DNA from: Tubiluchus corallicola
Lineage: Eukaryota > Animalia > Priapulida
Assembly: GCA_030141605.1 (NCBI GenBank)
Contig: JAQGDQ010000576.1
Coordinates: 62,001-126,000 of the forward strand
DNA length: 64,000 bases
Direction of reading: 5' to 3'
The notes under the pieces are model-generated. The model made no database searches, was not told where the DNA came from, and saw nothing but the letters and a program-made list of their open reading frames with translations. The position numbers and the translations under genes were made by a program. Positions 1 through 11,461 of the stretch are shown here, piece after piece. How positions within the stretch are numbered: the first letter of the stretch is position 1; every line of letters begins with the position of its first letter.

Positions 1-1284
1 TCACTCTCAGTGTTCAGTGCAGGTGACTCTCACACTCTAACTCTCAGTGTACAGTGCAGGAGTCTCTCTCACTCTCACTCTCAGTGTTCAGTGCAGGACA
101 CTCTCACTCTCACTCAGTGTTCAGTGCAGGAGACTCTCACTCTCGGTGTTCAGTGCAGGAGACTCTCACACTCTCACTCTCAGAGTTCAGTGCAGGAGAC
201 TCTCACTCTCAGTGTTCAGTGCAGGAGACTCTCTCACTCTCACCTGTGTTCAGTGCAGGAGACTCTCACTCTCTCACTCTCAGTGTTCAGAGAAGGAGGC
301 TCTCACACTCTCACTCTCAGTGTTCAGCGCAGGAGACTCTCACTCTCTAACTCTCAGTGTTCAGTGCAGGAGACTCTCACTCTCTAACTCTCAGAGTTCA
401 GTGCAGGAGACTCTCACTCTCACTCTCACTCTCAGAGTTCAGTGCAGGAGACTCTCACTCTCACTCTCACTCTCAGAGTTCAGTGCAGGAGACTCTAACT
501 CTCTCACTCTCAGTGTTCAGTGCAGGAGACTCTCACACTCTAACTCTCAGTGTTCAGTGCAGGAGACTCTCACACTCTAACTCTCAGTGTTCAGTGCAGG
601 AGACTCTCACACTCTAACTCTCAGTGTTCAGTGCAGGAGACTCTCACTCTCACTCTCAGTGGTCAGTGCAGCTCTAGCCCTCAGTGTTCAGTACAGGAGA
701 CTCTCACACTCTAGCCCTCAGTGTTCAGCGCAGGAGACTCTCACACTCTAGCCCTCAGTGTTCAGCGCAGGAGACTCTCACACTCTAACTCTCAGTGTTC
801 AGTGCAGGAGACTCTCACACTCTAACTCTCAGTGTTCAGTGCAGGAGACTCTCACTCTCACTCTCAGTGTTCAGTGCAGGAGACTCTCACACTCTAGCTC
901 TCAGAGTTCAGTGCAGTAACTCTCAGTGTTCAGTGCAGGAAACTCTCACTCTCACTCTCAGTGTTCAGTGCAGGAGACTCTCACACTTTAACTCTCAGTG
1001 TTCAGTGCAGGAGACTCTCTCATACTCTAACTCTCAGTGTTCAGTGCAGGAGACTCTCTCACTCTCTAACTCTCAGTGTTCAGTGCAGGAGACTCTCTCT
1101 CTCTCACTCTCAGTGTTCAGTGCAGCAGTCGTGCTACTCATGTTTTCTGTAGTTTAATAAACACTTTTCTGTTGTCTGCAGTGCAAATATGTATTATATA
1201 TTTTTTATTCTTGTTCATACTTCTGTGCCCTAAACTCAATCATAACAAAGTGAGTGATCAACAACTTCAAACATGACTTTCACA
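1..1284 (+). mobile_element. LTR family 1 copy with large internal minisatellite expansion (left end outside window)
   Basis: About 30 or more copies of a 29-43 bp unit (CTCTCAGTGTTCAGTGCAGGAGACTCT core) followed by the same AATAAA...CATGACTTTCACA end as the solo LTR at 21825-22217. Confidence 0.85.
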
Positions 1285-1514
1285 CTGAGGTTTTTTGTTA
1301 AGCTAAAACGTCTGTCAGTTGATTGTTGATAATTGAAGATTGTATGTATGAATTAATAAACAGTATTGTAAAGATGTAATATCTATACATTCAATGAGCT
1401 GAATGAAAGAACTGTTCTGTACAAATTTACTTAATTTACGTTGCCTTGAAATATTTGCATTTTTTCTATCTCGGATGAATTCTTATCGTCTCTCACCCAT
1501 ATACTCTCTCAAGT

Positions 1515-2117
1515 ATGGGCCATAACTGTAATGACATAGTAGCTAAAACTCTGATCAATACATTTTGTCTACAAATTTTGTTATACGGATGCGAAATTGG
1601 GGGTATATCAAACAATGAAGTTAATGCCATAAGGGTAAAATGGAACACAGCTTATAGAAAAATATTGGGTTTTAGACAAAATGAAAGCGTCAAATTGTTA
1701 ATGTATTTTTGTGGCACAACGCCTGCGAATTATTTAATAGATAGTCGAAAATTAAACTTTGTGAGAAAAATTATAAACTCTTGCACATTGAGAATTCCAA
1801 AGCTGTGCTACTATGTAAATAACAGTCGAGTAAATTTAAGATTCAAATATGGTTGTACTGTAGATCTAAAGGAAAATGTAAAATTAAAGGTTAAGAACTC
1901 ATTTAAAGATTATGTTTTAAGATATCTATTATAGCTCCTTACAACACTGTATAATGTAATATAATTACAAGGGAACTACAATGTGTGGTTATTATAAAGT
2001 TGAATGTCTGTAGATATGTTACTTTACTAATATCGCATTACCTGTTTTACTAACATCTTTATCTTTCTAAACTGTATATTTTTATACGAAATAAACTCAT
2101 AATAATAATAATAATAA
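1515..2117 (+). mobile_element. 3' fragment of a non-LTR retrotransposon (RT C-terminal region, 3'UTR, (AAT)n tail)
   Basis: ORF 1515-1934 has ILLYGCE...WN.AYRKI typical of LINE ORF2 ends; AATAAA and AAT repeats at ~2090-2117. Confidence 0.65.
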
Positions 2118-2636
2118 ACAGTGAGTTGGTGATGAAATTTTACATCGTGTTATCTGTAATATTTTAACATATCAGTACTTCTTAAGTTAAAATCTTGACA
2201 AACACAATGTAAGTGCGTACAATATGTAACTCAAAAAATTCCTTTTTTATCTAGATAGTCATTTTCATCTTTGTTTAGCATGTTATTACAATGTTTATTT
2301 TGTTTAATATACATTAGAATTTATAAATCCATCTTTTGGTGTACGGCCGAACCCATTTAGAGTGCAAAATGAAGTAATCTTGTAATAACGTAATTATGTC
2401 TATTAATATATGCTGTTTTGTTTTTACTTATTTATTTTTGTTTATTATTCTCGTTATTTTCTATTCGCATTGTACTCCTAGTTTTTCATTGGGTATAAAT
2501 ATGTTTAGATTTTGTTACTATGTATTAAAATGAGCTCATTGTCATTTGTTATGTACGTATGTTGTGATGCATTATAATTTATAACTATGTCTATTGTATA
2601 TGATCGTTGTACATCATTGTGCGTAATACGTTAGAG

Positions 2637-3118
2637 CAGGGGTGTGCAAATTGCGGCCCGCCAAGAGAATTTGTGCGGCCCGCGAAGAGATTTATCAACC
2701 TAATGAAAGTGTGGCCCGGACGATTAATTGAGAGTATCCAGCTGAAGTCCATGCCACGATCCCAAAGATAGTGTGGGTAGTTTTTTCTACTAGATCGGAT
2801 GCCATTAACCTTTACAAGATGGTTGTAGCTTAATAACACTGTACTACACAGACTGTGTGATACACATTACTAATATGCATTGTAATGAAATTACCACTAT
2901 CTGTCCTGAAAGTAGAAATATATGGTTTGTAATATAAATTTTAATAACTTCTAAAATAGTTTCTTGAGTGTAGTAGTAATGATGTACGCGGGTCGGATGC
3001 AAAAAAATCGTTATTAGGCCCTACTGTACTTGGCTCCTTGACCAAACTGCCTGTGGTCCGCAGGAATTACGGGAATGTCTAATGTGGCCCGGCTAGTCAG
3101 ATAATTTGCACACCCCTG
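2637..3118. mobile_element. hAT-type MITE (second copy 55673-56138)
   Basis: TIR CAGGGGTGTGCAAATT, 8-bp TSD CGTTAGAG/CGTTAGAT. Confidence 0.85.
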
Positions 3119-3616
3119 CGTTAGATTCTAAAATTATGTATATATGTCTACTGCTTTTAGCAATTTTAAAACATATCCCTGCAAAGAAAGGGAATGTATA
3201 TTGTACGTAGTTTTTTAAAAATGAAGAATTATAATAATGATGATAATCCGTCCTCTTTCAACATTCGTTTTGGCTTACTTTCTGTACTTACTACTTATTT
3301 ACTCTTTGTAACATACGTTTTTACTCGTGGTTGTTTTTGTAGCGCTGCAGGCAAGGATTCTCAACACAATACACAATTTACTCACAAACATACAAAAATA
3401 AAATTATTACAGAACAGCAATATAGTCAAATCTCTTTAAGTAATCTAAGTAATAAAACTGGCAAAAACAACGCAAGTGTGTAACTGCACTACTTGCAGTC
3501 GCATGAATAATTTTATCGGAAATCGTAATCAGGGCCGGCTTTAAGCATAGGCAAACTAGGCAACCGCCTAGGGCCTCACCTAAGGTAACATTTTTTTTGC
3601 TTCATGCGAACATCCT

Positions 3617-3662
<46 letters not shown>

Positions 3663-3703
3663 CCTCCCTCCCTCCCTCCCTCCCTCCCTCCCTCCCTCCC
3701 TCC

Positions 3704-3785
<82 letters not shown>

Positions 3786-3817
3786 CCTCCCCACCAAATT
3801 CACTTCGCCTTTCCTAC

Positions 3818-4017
3818 CTTTTTCAAGTGTGGACCCTTCAGGGAACCGTTGTCAGAGCCGTCGATACGTTTAGCCAGATCACGGCAACACTTTATATCAC
3901 AGTCGACGTTTTTGCTGAGAATCAGTTTAGCGGATGTCGCATGGAAAGCTACAAGATCGCTGTCCAGTAAGTGCTTCAAATCTGACACGCCCTTCTCAAT
4001 GTTCTTTAATGTCTCAC
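3818..4017 (-). CDS. UFSP2: UFSP2-like exon 6 (CETLKNIEKGVSDLKHLL...PHLKK)
   Basis: ttcctcgtcag acceptor, AAG|gtagga donor, 200 nt, phase 1->0. Confidence 0.75.
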
Positions 4018-4660
4018 CTGACGAGGAATAACAATGACACCATTTAGTTACAAAACATACAAATATGTTACCACACAAACAGAATTTCATGTTCGCGCCA
4101 CTAGTTCTTCGCACTTACATGCATTTCGCCATTCGCTAGTTAGACGGGCACTAGCGCCTAGCATTTCGGAAATACATTGCACAAAAAACAGGTGCTGTAC
4201 CCCTCAGTTCAGATGTGTTAGTTTGTGATGAATTACACACGTTCGACAGCTCATGCGTGAGCACAGCGGTAAATTTGAAATTTGAATTTTTATCTTAAAC
4301 TCACCAAGTTATAATACAACACACTGAATATCTTACAGTAGCACGGTACTTAAATCTTTGCTTCCGTAAACACATGCAACACGCTCGCGGCATATTTTTG
4401 CCATTTAAAATTACGTTAATTTGTGATGTCATCAACAGTTGTACTTGTCTGCCATTAATTAAGTTAATTATCTCTTATTTAATTACCAGAAATGCTTTCG
4501 CACTATTAATTGTGTTAAAATGTATACTTTTATAGGCATTGCTTAACTTTGATCATAACAAATACTCCCTGACCACTCAGCTATGAACCTTGCCTCAGAT
4601 GTTTACAATACACTGCAACATTAGCAAATAACAAATAAAGATAGTGTTCCATGAACTTAC

Positions 4661-4782
4661 AAATATTTCCTGTCTGTTCAAAAGTCAGCCGCAGTCTTCC
4701 GTGAACCCGCAACAAAATCTCATCGTCGTCTGAGCTGTCTTTGTCACTTATTGAATATTGTACTGGTGTTGTATCGCCCGAA
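4661..4782 (-). CDS. UFSP2: UFSP2-like exon 5 (SGDTTPVQY...DEILLRVHGRLRLTFEQTGNI)
   Basis: tttcag acceptor, T|gtaagt donor, 122 nt; resembles the start of vertebrate UFSP2. Confidence 0.75.
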
Positions 4783-5054
4783 CTGAAACAGTAAATTACA
4801 ACCACTTTAAATATCTGGTAACACAAATTCTTATTGCTACAATTTGTTTTAACTTGTTATCAATAAATAAATCCCTTGTTCTTACCAAGAAACTGAAAAC
4901 TGTTTCATGCATCATTCACCGAGTAATTAAGAGTAATGCTTTCTTGCTACTTTTTCAGTACATAATAAGTCTTTTCACAGTTTTGTTGCATGCACGGGCA
5001 GTTGCTACAGGTCATAGGTTATGTGCACCACAGTAACGCGTCTTAACTTCAACT

Positions 5055-5365
5055 GACATGTGGGTAAAGCAAACCCGTGTGCTGTATCAGTTCAGTAACT
5101 TCAGTTGTTTTACGTGGATTTTACTTAATTATGCATTAGTCCATGCATAGAGTGATGTACTAGCAGTATCTTGCTTGGGAACAAGAAAAAATGAACTAGG
5201 TAAGGCTGTAGTTAGCTGTAAAAACTGTTACTATTACAATAGCTTGTGCTGCGAGGCGCTGTCAAGTGTACAAAAATACGTTGTCTGGTACACTTAACCA
5301 TCGACCTTTTTACGATCATCATCATCATTAATCGCCGGAACTGTGAATAGGCTTATTGGCATTGA
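5055..5365 (+). repeat. Dispersed ~300-bp repeat family (also ~17340-17625, ~42815-43070, reverse ~15350-15620)
   Basis: Shared blocks AACTTCAGTTGTTTT...TTACTTAATTATGC...AAAAAATGAACTAGGTAAGG. Confidence 0.6.
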
Positions 5366-5972
5366 GTTCAGACATACTAGGTCTTACTGGAAAAAATTTT
5401 CATACTGGCATAAAAAATTGTTCTGCTCTGTAGCAATTTAACCTACGCAGAGCAAAAAAATTTGTTTAGTTAGGAGCACCAAGGCCTGTGATCTCAAAAT
5501 ATAAAAACTTATTTAATATTTTGCGCAAATTGACTAGGAATCTACTAACTAAGATGTCATCAAAGGAACTTTTCTCAAAACACTTGAAAAAACTCTTTGT
5601 TGGTTACAGAAATTGATAACTTTTGCCGAATCTTGCAAGTGTATTCAGCAACGGAGTTAGGCGTCTGTTAGAAGAATAGCTTTAACTAAACACTATACTA
5701 TTACTAAAGATTTAGTCATAATTTAGTCATCTTTTAGTCATAATTTAGCCAAAAATACCGTGCGGCTGAAGTAAAAATCAGTGTGTTTATGGCATATTTT
5801 ACTCAAAATTTCTGCACTTGTATTTCGTCGAACTTAAAATGATAGTTATGAATTTCATATTGGCATCATTAAATTCTGCATAACTATGCAGTTCCTTCAC
5901 TATTGCTTTTCTAGAATTAGCAAAGCATCTTGTAAGCTATACAATTTCCATTCTGATCCAAGCAATGTTATA

Positions 5973-6340
5973 GTACAGATTATGCAAAACAAGGCATCAT
6001 GGATAAATCTTTAGAGCTGATGTCAACATAGCGCAATCTATTATCTTTCTTCCTACGATTTCCACTAACACGTCCTTCTACCCTTCCTGTGTGATCTAAC
6101 CTTTCTCCCAGTTCTTTTTTTGTTCACTCATCCATTTTTTTATCGGGTTCACATGACAGTGGGCTTATACAAGCCTTTGCTTCTCTAGCCCACTGCAGTA
6201 CAATTATTCTTTTATGATAACGATAGTGTATGAAACATAACAATTTAATACAGTAGATGTAATAATTTTGATGTCACTGTGTGCTTAATGTCATTATATT
6301 GTACTGAATGTGATAATAATAATAAATAAAAAATAAATAA
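5973..6340 (+). mobile_element. ~360-bp retroposon-like repeat (other copies 12309-12660, 61136-61505)
   Basis: Three near-identical copies, LINE-like 3' stem-loop GGGCTTATACAAGCC...AGCCC and (AAT/AAAT)n tail. Confidence 0.7.
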
Positions 6341-6400
6341 ATGCACCAAATTTCCGGAACACATCCCCAACCTATTAATTTTTCCTAGTTTTATGCATAC

Positions 6401-6489
6401 CTGAAAGTAAATCTGTACACACTGTTCTCCTGCAGACCCTCTGTAGAGTGAATCCCAATAATATAGATCTCTTCGTGGCCACTTAGTTC
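6401..6489 (-). CDS. UFSP2: UFSP2-like exon 4 (ELSGHEEIYIIGIHSTEG...FTF)
   Basis: tttacag acceptor, AG|gtatgc donor, 89 nt, phase 0->2 matches exon 5. Confidence 0.65.
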
Positions 6490-6626
6490 CTGTAAACAAC
6501 CGTTGGCATAGTAACAAGCGTGGAATTAAAGGAAAAGACATTTTTTAAAAGGCATGTTTGTTATTTTTTTAAAAATTTGTTAATCCACGAAAATAAATGA
6601 AAATATTGATTGCATTTCAATGAACC

Positions 6627-7108
6627 TTTTAACCTAGCCACTGGGGGGGGGGGCAAGCCAGCCCAACTCAGTGCCGGTCCCAAGCCAGGATAAATAGGGA
6701 GGGTTAGGGTCAGGAAGGGCATCCGCCCGTAAAAACCGCGCCAAAACCTTCTATGAATGAGTCGGTGAGTGCAAAGAAGCGGTCAGACCCGCTCTAATCT
6801 ATGAGCTGGAAGCAGCTTCTCTAAAGAAGACCAAAGAGAAGAAAATGGGTGTGGTGGAGATGAGGATGTTGAGATGGATGGTGGGAATAACAAGAAGAAA
6901 TAAAATTAGAAATAATAATATCAGAGGAACAGTAAAAGTAGTAGAAGCCTTGCAAGATTGCGATGGTATGGACATCTGAAAAGAAGAGTCGGTGAAGATC
7001 ATGTGGGAAGGGAAGACATAAATGAAGAGATGGTCAACAACAGGGATGCGTGGAGAAGACTCATACACAGCGGCGACCCCGCATAGGGAAAAGCTGGGAA
7101 GAAGAAGA
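6627..7108 (+). mobile_element. Internally deleted RTE-clade (Rex3/Expander-like) non-LTR element
   Basis: RTE-type 5'UTR motif (GGTCCCAAGCC.GGATAAAT...CAGGAAGGGCATCCG) joined to decayed ORF end (EMRMLRWMVGITRRNKIRN...RWYGH), GCGACCCC 3' stem, (GAA)n tail, 13-bp TSD ATTTCAATGAACC. Confidence 0.8.
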
Positions 7109-7366
7109 ATTTCAATGAACCATTTCAGTTGAAGGTTACGACTTAAAAACAGTCGGTTAGATTTTGACAATAATCACTGAACGATGATCACTGACAATGG
7201 ATTCGACTATGACGACAATGAGAAATGGCAGAGATATGCCTATATCAAATGTAGATGTTTGAATTGACTGTATTTTAAGGTTGCACTCAAGATTCGTACA
7301 GTTAGTGCAGAATCTGCACTTTGAGTCTTGATCATGTCACTGTAATTTCCATAGTTCATGTGCTTA

Positions 7367-8087
7367 CATTTGCCTTTAGCAGTGTAAGTTTTTATTAACT
7401 AACACTGATTCATCATCTCTGTAAAGTTTTTATCAGTGATTATCAATGTATTTTAATGGCAAATAAAGATTATATAAATATATATATATATATGTAGCTA
7501 AAAAGCTCAAAATAATCCTTTAAAATGCTGAGCTACAGCAAATAATCTTCCTTGCACATTTGTCCGATCATTTTGAACAAAGCAACTCAAACAACCTTAA
7601 CTTAAACACTTAGTACGCTGTGACATTCTTATGGTACATATTGTTTATTCATGAAGCCATGACATAACACTTGGTAAACTGCAATAATTCATTAGCATTC
7701 ATATAATCAAAGCAATTGACATAAAATATATATTAATGGTGCAGTTATCATTTACACGTGATAAGTTGTTTGCCAAGTTAAAAAAATGCAGTGCACGTAA
7801 CTTTGATATGTGTGATGATTCAGCATTCATTTATTTGAGTCAACAACGTTCTCCCATAAAACTGTTTATCAGGAAGAATTAACGTGTTAATTTAAGCTAA
7901 TTATATGCAAAACAAGCTGATGTCAGAGATGGTGATGTTGCACCCATTACCAGTAAAACAATGAACTATATATATATATAATAACCTTTATTTGCCATTA
8001 AAATACATTGATAATCACTGATAAAAACTTTACAGAGATGATCAATCAGTGTTAGTTAATAAAAACTTACACTGCTAAAGGCAAATG
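7367..8087. repeat. Near-perfect ~115-bp inverted repeat (arms 7367-7490 and 7968-8087)
   Basis: Right arm is the reverse complement of the left arm with 1-2 mismatches. Confidence 0.9.
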
Positions 8088-8468
8088 CGTCAGTTGTCGC
8101 TTACTTGGATAGCTTTCTTATTTAGTACATTGAGTCACTGACTAAGTCATTTCACGGATTCTATACAGTGTCTAGGTAATGTAAAACATATCTAGGAAAA
8201 GTCCGATTCAACACGAATTATGTTGATTTAAAACTTTGCCAAAGTTGCTTTATGCATTTTATATAAAATGCCTAGGCAAAGTGTAGAAAAGTCGCAGCAA
8301 ACAGATTTATTTTACACTTTTCCTGAAATGCATAGGTATTATATGAAATACCTAAGAATTTTATAAATGTGTAAATTTTACACATTGCCTGTAACATATA
8401 CACAAAGTTGTACACAACTATCACGACAAGATAAAATGCTCTGGTTCAAAAGAAACTGGCAAATTTAC

Positions 8469-8566
8469 CTGAAATTCAGACCCCATGTTTCGTGTACAAA
8501 ACTGCCGCACACTCCTCTCAGTAATCTTAGATTTGGAGATGAAAAATATGCCACAGATGCTCTGGC
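8469..8566 (-). CDS. UFSP2: UFSP2-like exon 3 (GQSICGIFFISKSK...GSEFQ)
   Basis: ttttttacag acceptor, CAG|gtaaat donor, 98 nt, phase 1->0 bridges exons 2 and 4. Confidence 0.7.
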
Positions 8567-8951
8567 CTGTAAAAAAGTGAAATATAAAACACTGAAACTT
8601 CAACCACTAGAGTAACTATGCAAATTTATTTGTTACTGACTGATCAAACAATTAGAAAAATAATAAATTTATTTATTTTAGCATTACGTCATATCAGTTT
8701 ACAGACGTACAATAATTACAACCAAACACGCACAATGAAATGATAGTTATGAAGAAGTTCTGAAGGTAATTGCTAAGACACTAGAATACAGGTAGAATTC
8801 AAGTAGAATACAGGTGAGCTTTATTTATATAAATCATTAACAACACTATACATTGCTCTCTCAGTTTAAGTCACATGCTTACTCAATGATCTCTGAAAGA
8901 CAAATGCCCAGGTAAAATTTTCCATGAAGCAAGGAAGCCAGCAATTCTATG

Positions 8952-9290
8952 AAGGTAAATGTTATGCATACTAGTTCAAGAATGAAAGTTTAGACTGTAT
9001 ATAAAGAAATGGACTTATTTTATAGCTGAAATTTCTTGTGTGGGATTTTTAATGTTTTATCAAGAGAATGTAATAATATGACTAATGATCATAATTAAGA
9101 ACTAATAATTAATAAAAATAAAGGTAAATGTTATGCATACTAGTTCAAGGATGAAAGTTTAGACTGTATATAAAGAAATAAGACTTATTTTATAGCTGAA
9201 ATTTCTTGTGTGGGATTTTTGATGTTTTAACAAGAGAGTGCAATAATATGACTAATGATCATAATTAGGAAGTAATAAAAAATAAAATCA
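8952..9290. repeat. Tandem duplication, 2 x ~170 bp
   Basis: AAGGTAAATGTTATGCATACTAG... repeated head-to-tail. Confidence 0.85.
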
Positions 9291-10896
9291 AGAAATCGTG
9301 AGCTTCACGACATAGTTATTTAGTATACTGGTTAGTACTACATAAAAATATAATACAGTAGTACATATAAATATAATAGTTAGAGAACATACTTCCATTT
9401 TTTAATAAAGGTGTCTTAAAAATTTAATTAGGCAGCAGTTTATTAAATCACTGCCATTATTTTTAACGAGACATTTTAAGCTGTACCCACAGATATTTTA
9501 AGCCATACGCGAGTACCACAAAATGCTGGCAATTTCAGCTAAGCGCGTACTTCACTTGCGCTTCAGCTGTAAAGGAGGTTAGAAAACTTTCTTATTCTTT
9601 TACTATACCGGGTGGAGCAGAAAAAATGTGCGAAAGTTTAGACTACAATAACATTAGGCACAAGTGCTCTACAAAGATGAAATTTCACAGCATTGACACG
9701 ATGAAGAAAGCAGTAAAGTGCTGATAAAGATTTGTTGTCAAGAAAAAATGAAACGTAATCCAATAGATAATCCTATAAATTATGGTATATGGATTCTGGA
9801 ATTTCCAGAGGAAGTGGAAGAAGTGCTCTACTTGGATATGGAGCAGGGGTGTCCATTACGTCGATCGTGATCTACCAGTTGATCACACAGACAGCGTGGG
9901 TAAATTGCATGCGCTTATTTTTCAAAAAAAAATGAAAAAAGTAAAGTAACTAATATGTGTGACTCGACTTCATTTTATCTGAAGCAAATAAAAACAGTTT
10001 CTGCTAATCCAATGTCAAAAGGATAATTAACTGCTATAATGACAATGTGTAATAATATTATGAAATATGAAGAAATCAAACTTACATCTTTGCCGCATCT
10101 TACTAACTTGCTAAAGAGAACTCGACTGACAAAATTTTGTGATAAAACGACACGACGTACTGAACAAGAATGACTTCTTTCCTATCCTGTCTGCAAAATG
10201 AGGCCAATGGCCTATTTCCTGTCCTAGCTCACCTGTCTATCAACAGCCTAAATTTGCAAAAAACAAACACAAGGAGGCTCCACGTGCTTATAACCAAAAC
10301 ACTTAAAGAACTAAGAAACTGTGTTAGCTGCTGCAAGAAATGCTTCATCTAGTTTGCAATGAAAATAGTAAACCAAAGAGCGCTTGCTGTATGTTTTAAT
10401 AATGACACAAAATTTATTCCAGCATTAATTTTCACTTGCTATTTTAAAGCCTCTGTATCTTTGGGGCAAATTTAAGGGACTGGCTTAAAATGTTTGTTGT
10501 ACATACGTAAGCATCTGTAACACCAGTGCGGCAATTTTCAAGTGATTCCATTATTTCCTTCCTATAGCATCATGATCAGAAGCTCTCCACATTTTTTTGT
10601 GCCACCCGATACATATGAAACTCTTATTTCGCAAAATTCAAAACTTAATTACTTTCTCCACGGAGTCATGCAACAGAAATGGTAAGATATGAAAAGTTCC
10701 AGTATTAACACCTACCGTAGCGGAACAATTTTCTAATTAAAATATAATTGCTGTAAAAAGTATAGAACGTAGATATAGCATAATGTTTCTGTCTGTTAAA
10801 CTATGTTGGCTACAGCATCGTTTATATGGAATTAAAATTTTCCATTACTAATATAATAAGATGTAAAACTTTTGAGAAAAAATACCATTGTAGGGA

Positions 10897-11052
10897 AAGA
10901 GAGAGAAAAAGAAAGATAGAGGGAGAGAGAAAGAGAGAGAGAGAGAAAGGAAGGAAGAGAGGGAGAACGAGAGAGAGAAAGAGAGAAGAGAGAGAATGAG
11001 AGAGGAGAGAGAGAGAGAAGAGGGAGAGAGAAAGGAAGGAAAAGAGGGAGAA

Positions 11053-11138
<86 letters not shown>
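10897..11138. repeat. (GA)n microsatellite / purine-rich tract
   Basis: Direct reading. Confidence 0.95.
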
Positions 11139-11142
<4 letters not shown>

Positions 11143-11301
11143 CAAAACATTTAGTAAGACACAATGTGACACTGCTTGGTTGAAATTAGAAATTTTAGGT
11201 CACAGACATGTCTTCTCTGCTTGAAAGCATGGACGCATATACAGCCACAAATAAATATAAATATTTAAATTCTTGCTGACAGTTCTTGCATTGGCTCGTA
11301 C

Positions 11302-11461
11302 CTGTGGGCAGCAAGACGACGGACTGACCATATTGTCCAATCAGTGATACAAGTTTGTGTTCCCAACACGACAAGCAACTAGTAACTGTCCATGTTTCTT
11401 CATTTTCTCGTCCTACTAAGTAACCCACAGAGCCAATGCTGCCGCTAACAGCTTCTAATTG
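11302..11461 (-). CDS. UFSP2: UFSP2-like exon 2 (QLEAVSGSIGSVGYLVGR...VVLLPT)
   Basis: tttttcag acceptor, G|gtacga donor, 160 nt, open frame; GYLVG and LLPxG patterns are MPN/ODR-4-like. Confidence 0.7.

Noticed and set aside
1-1125. CRISPR-like repeat array
   Set aside because: No unique spacers, eukaryotic context, no cas genes; same for the 60-, 78- and 79-bp arrays.
10-1157. Overlapping repetitive ORFs (MFSAGDSH...)
   Set aside because: Translations of the LTR-internal minisatellite; variable unit lengths shift frames.
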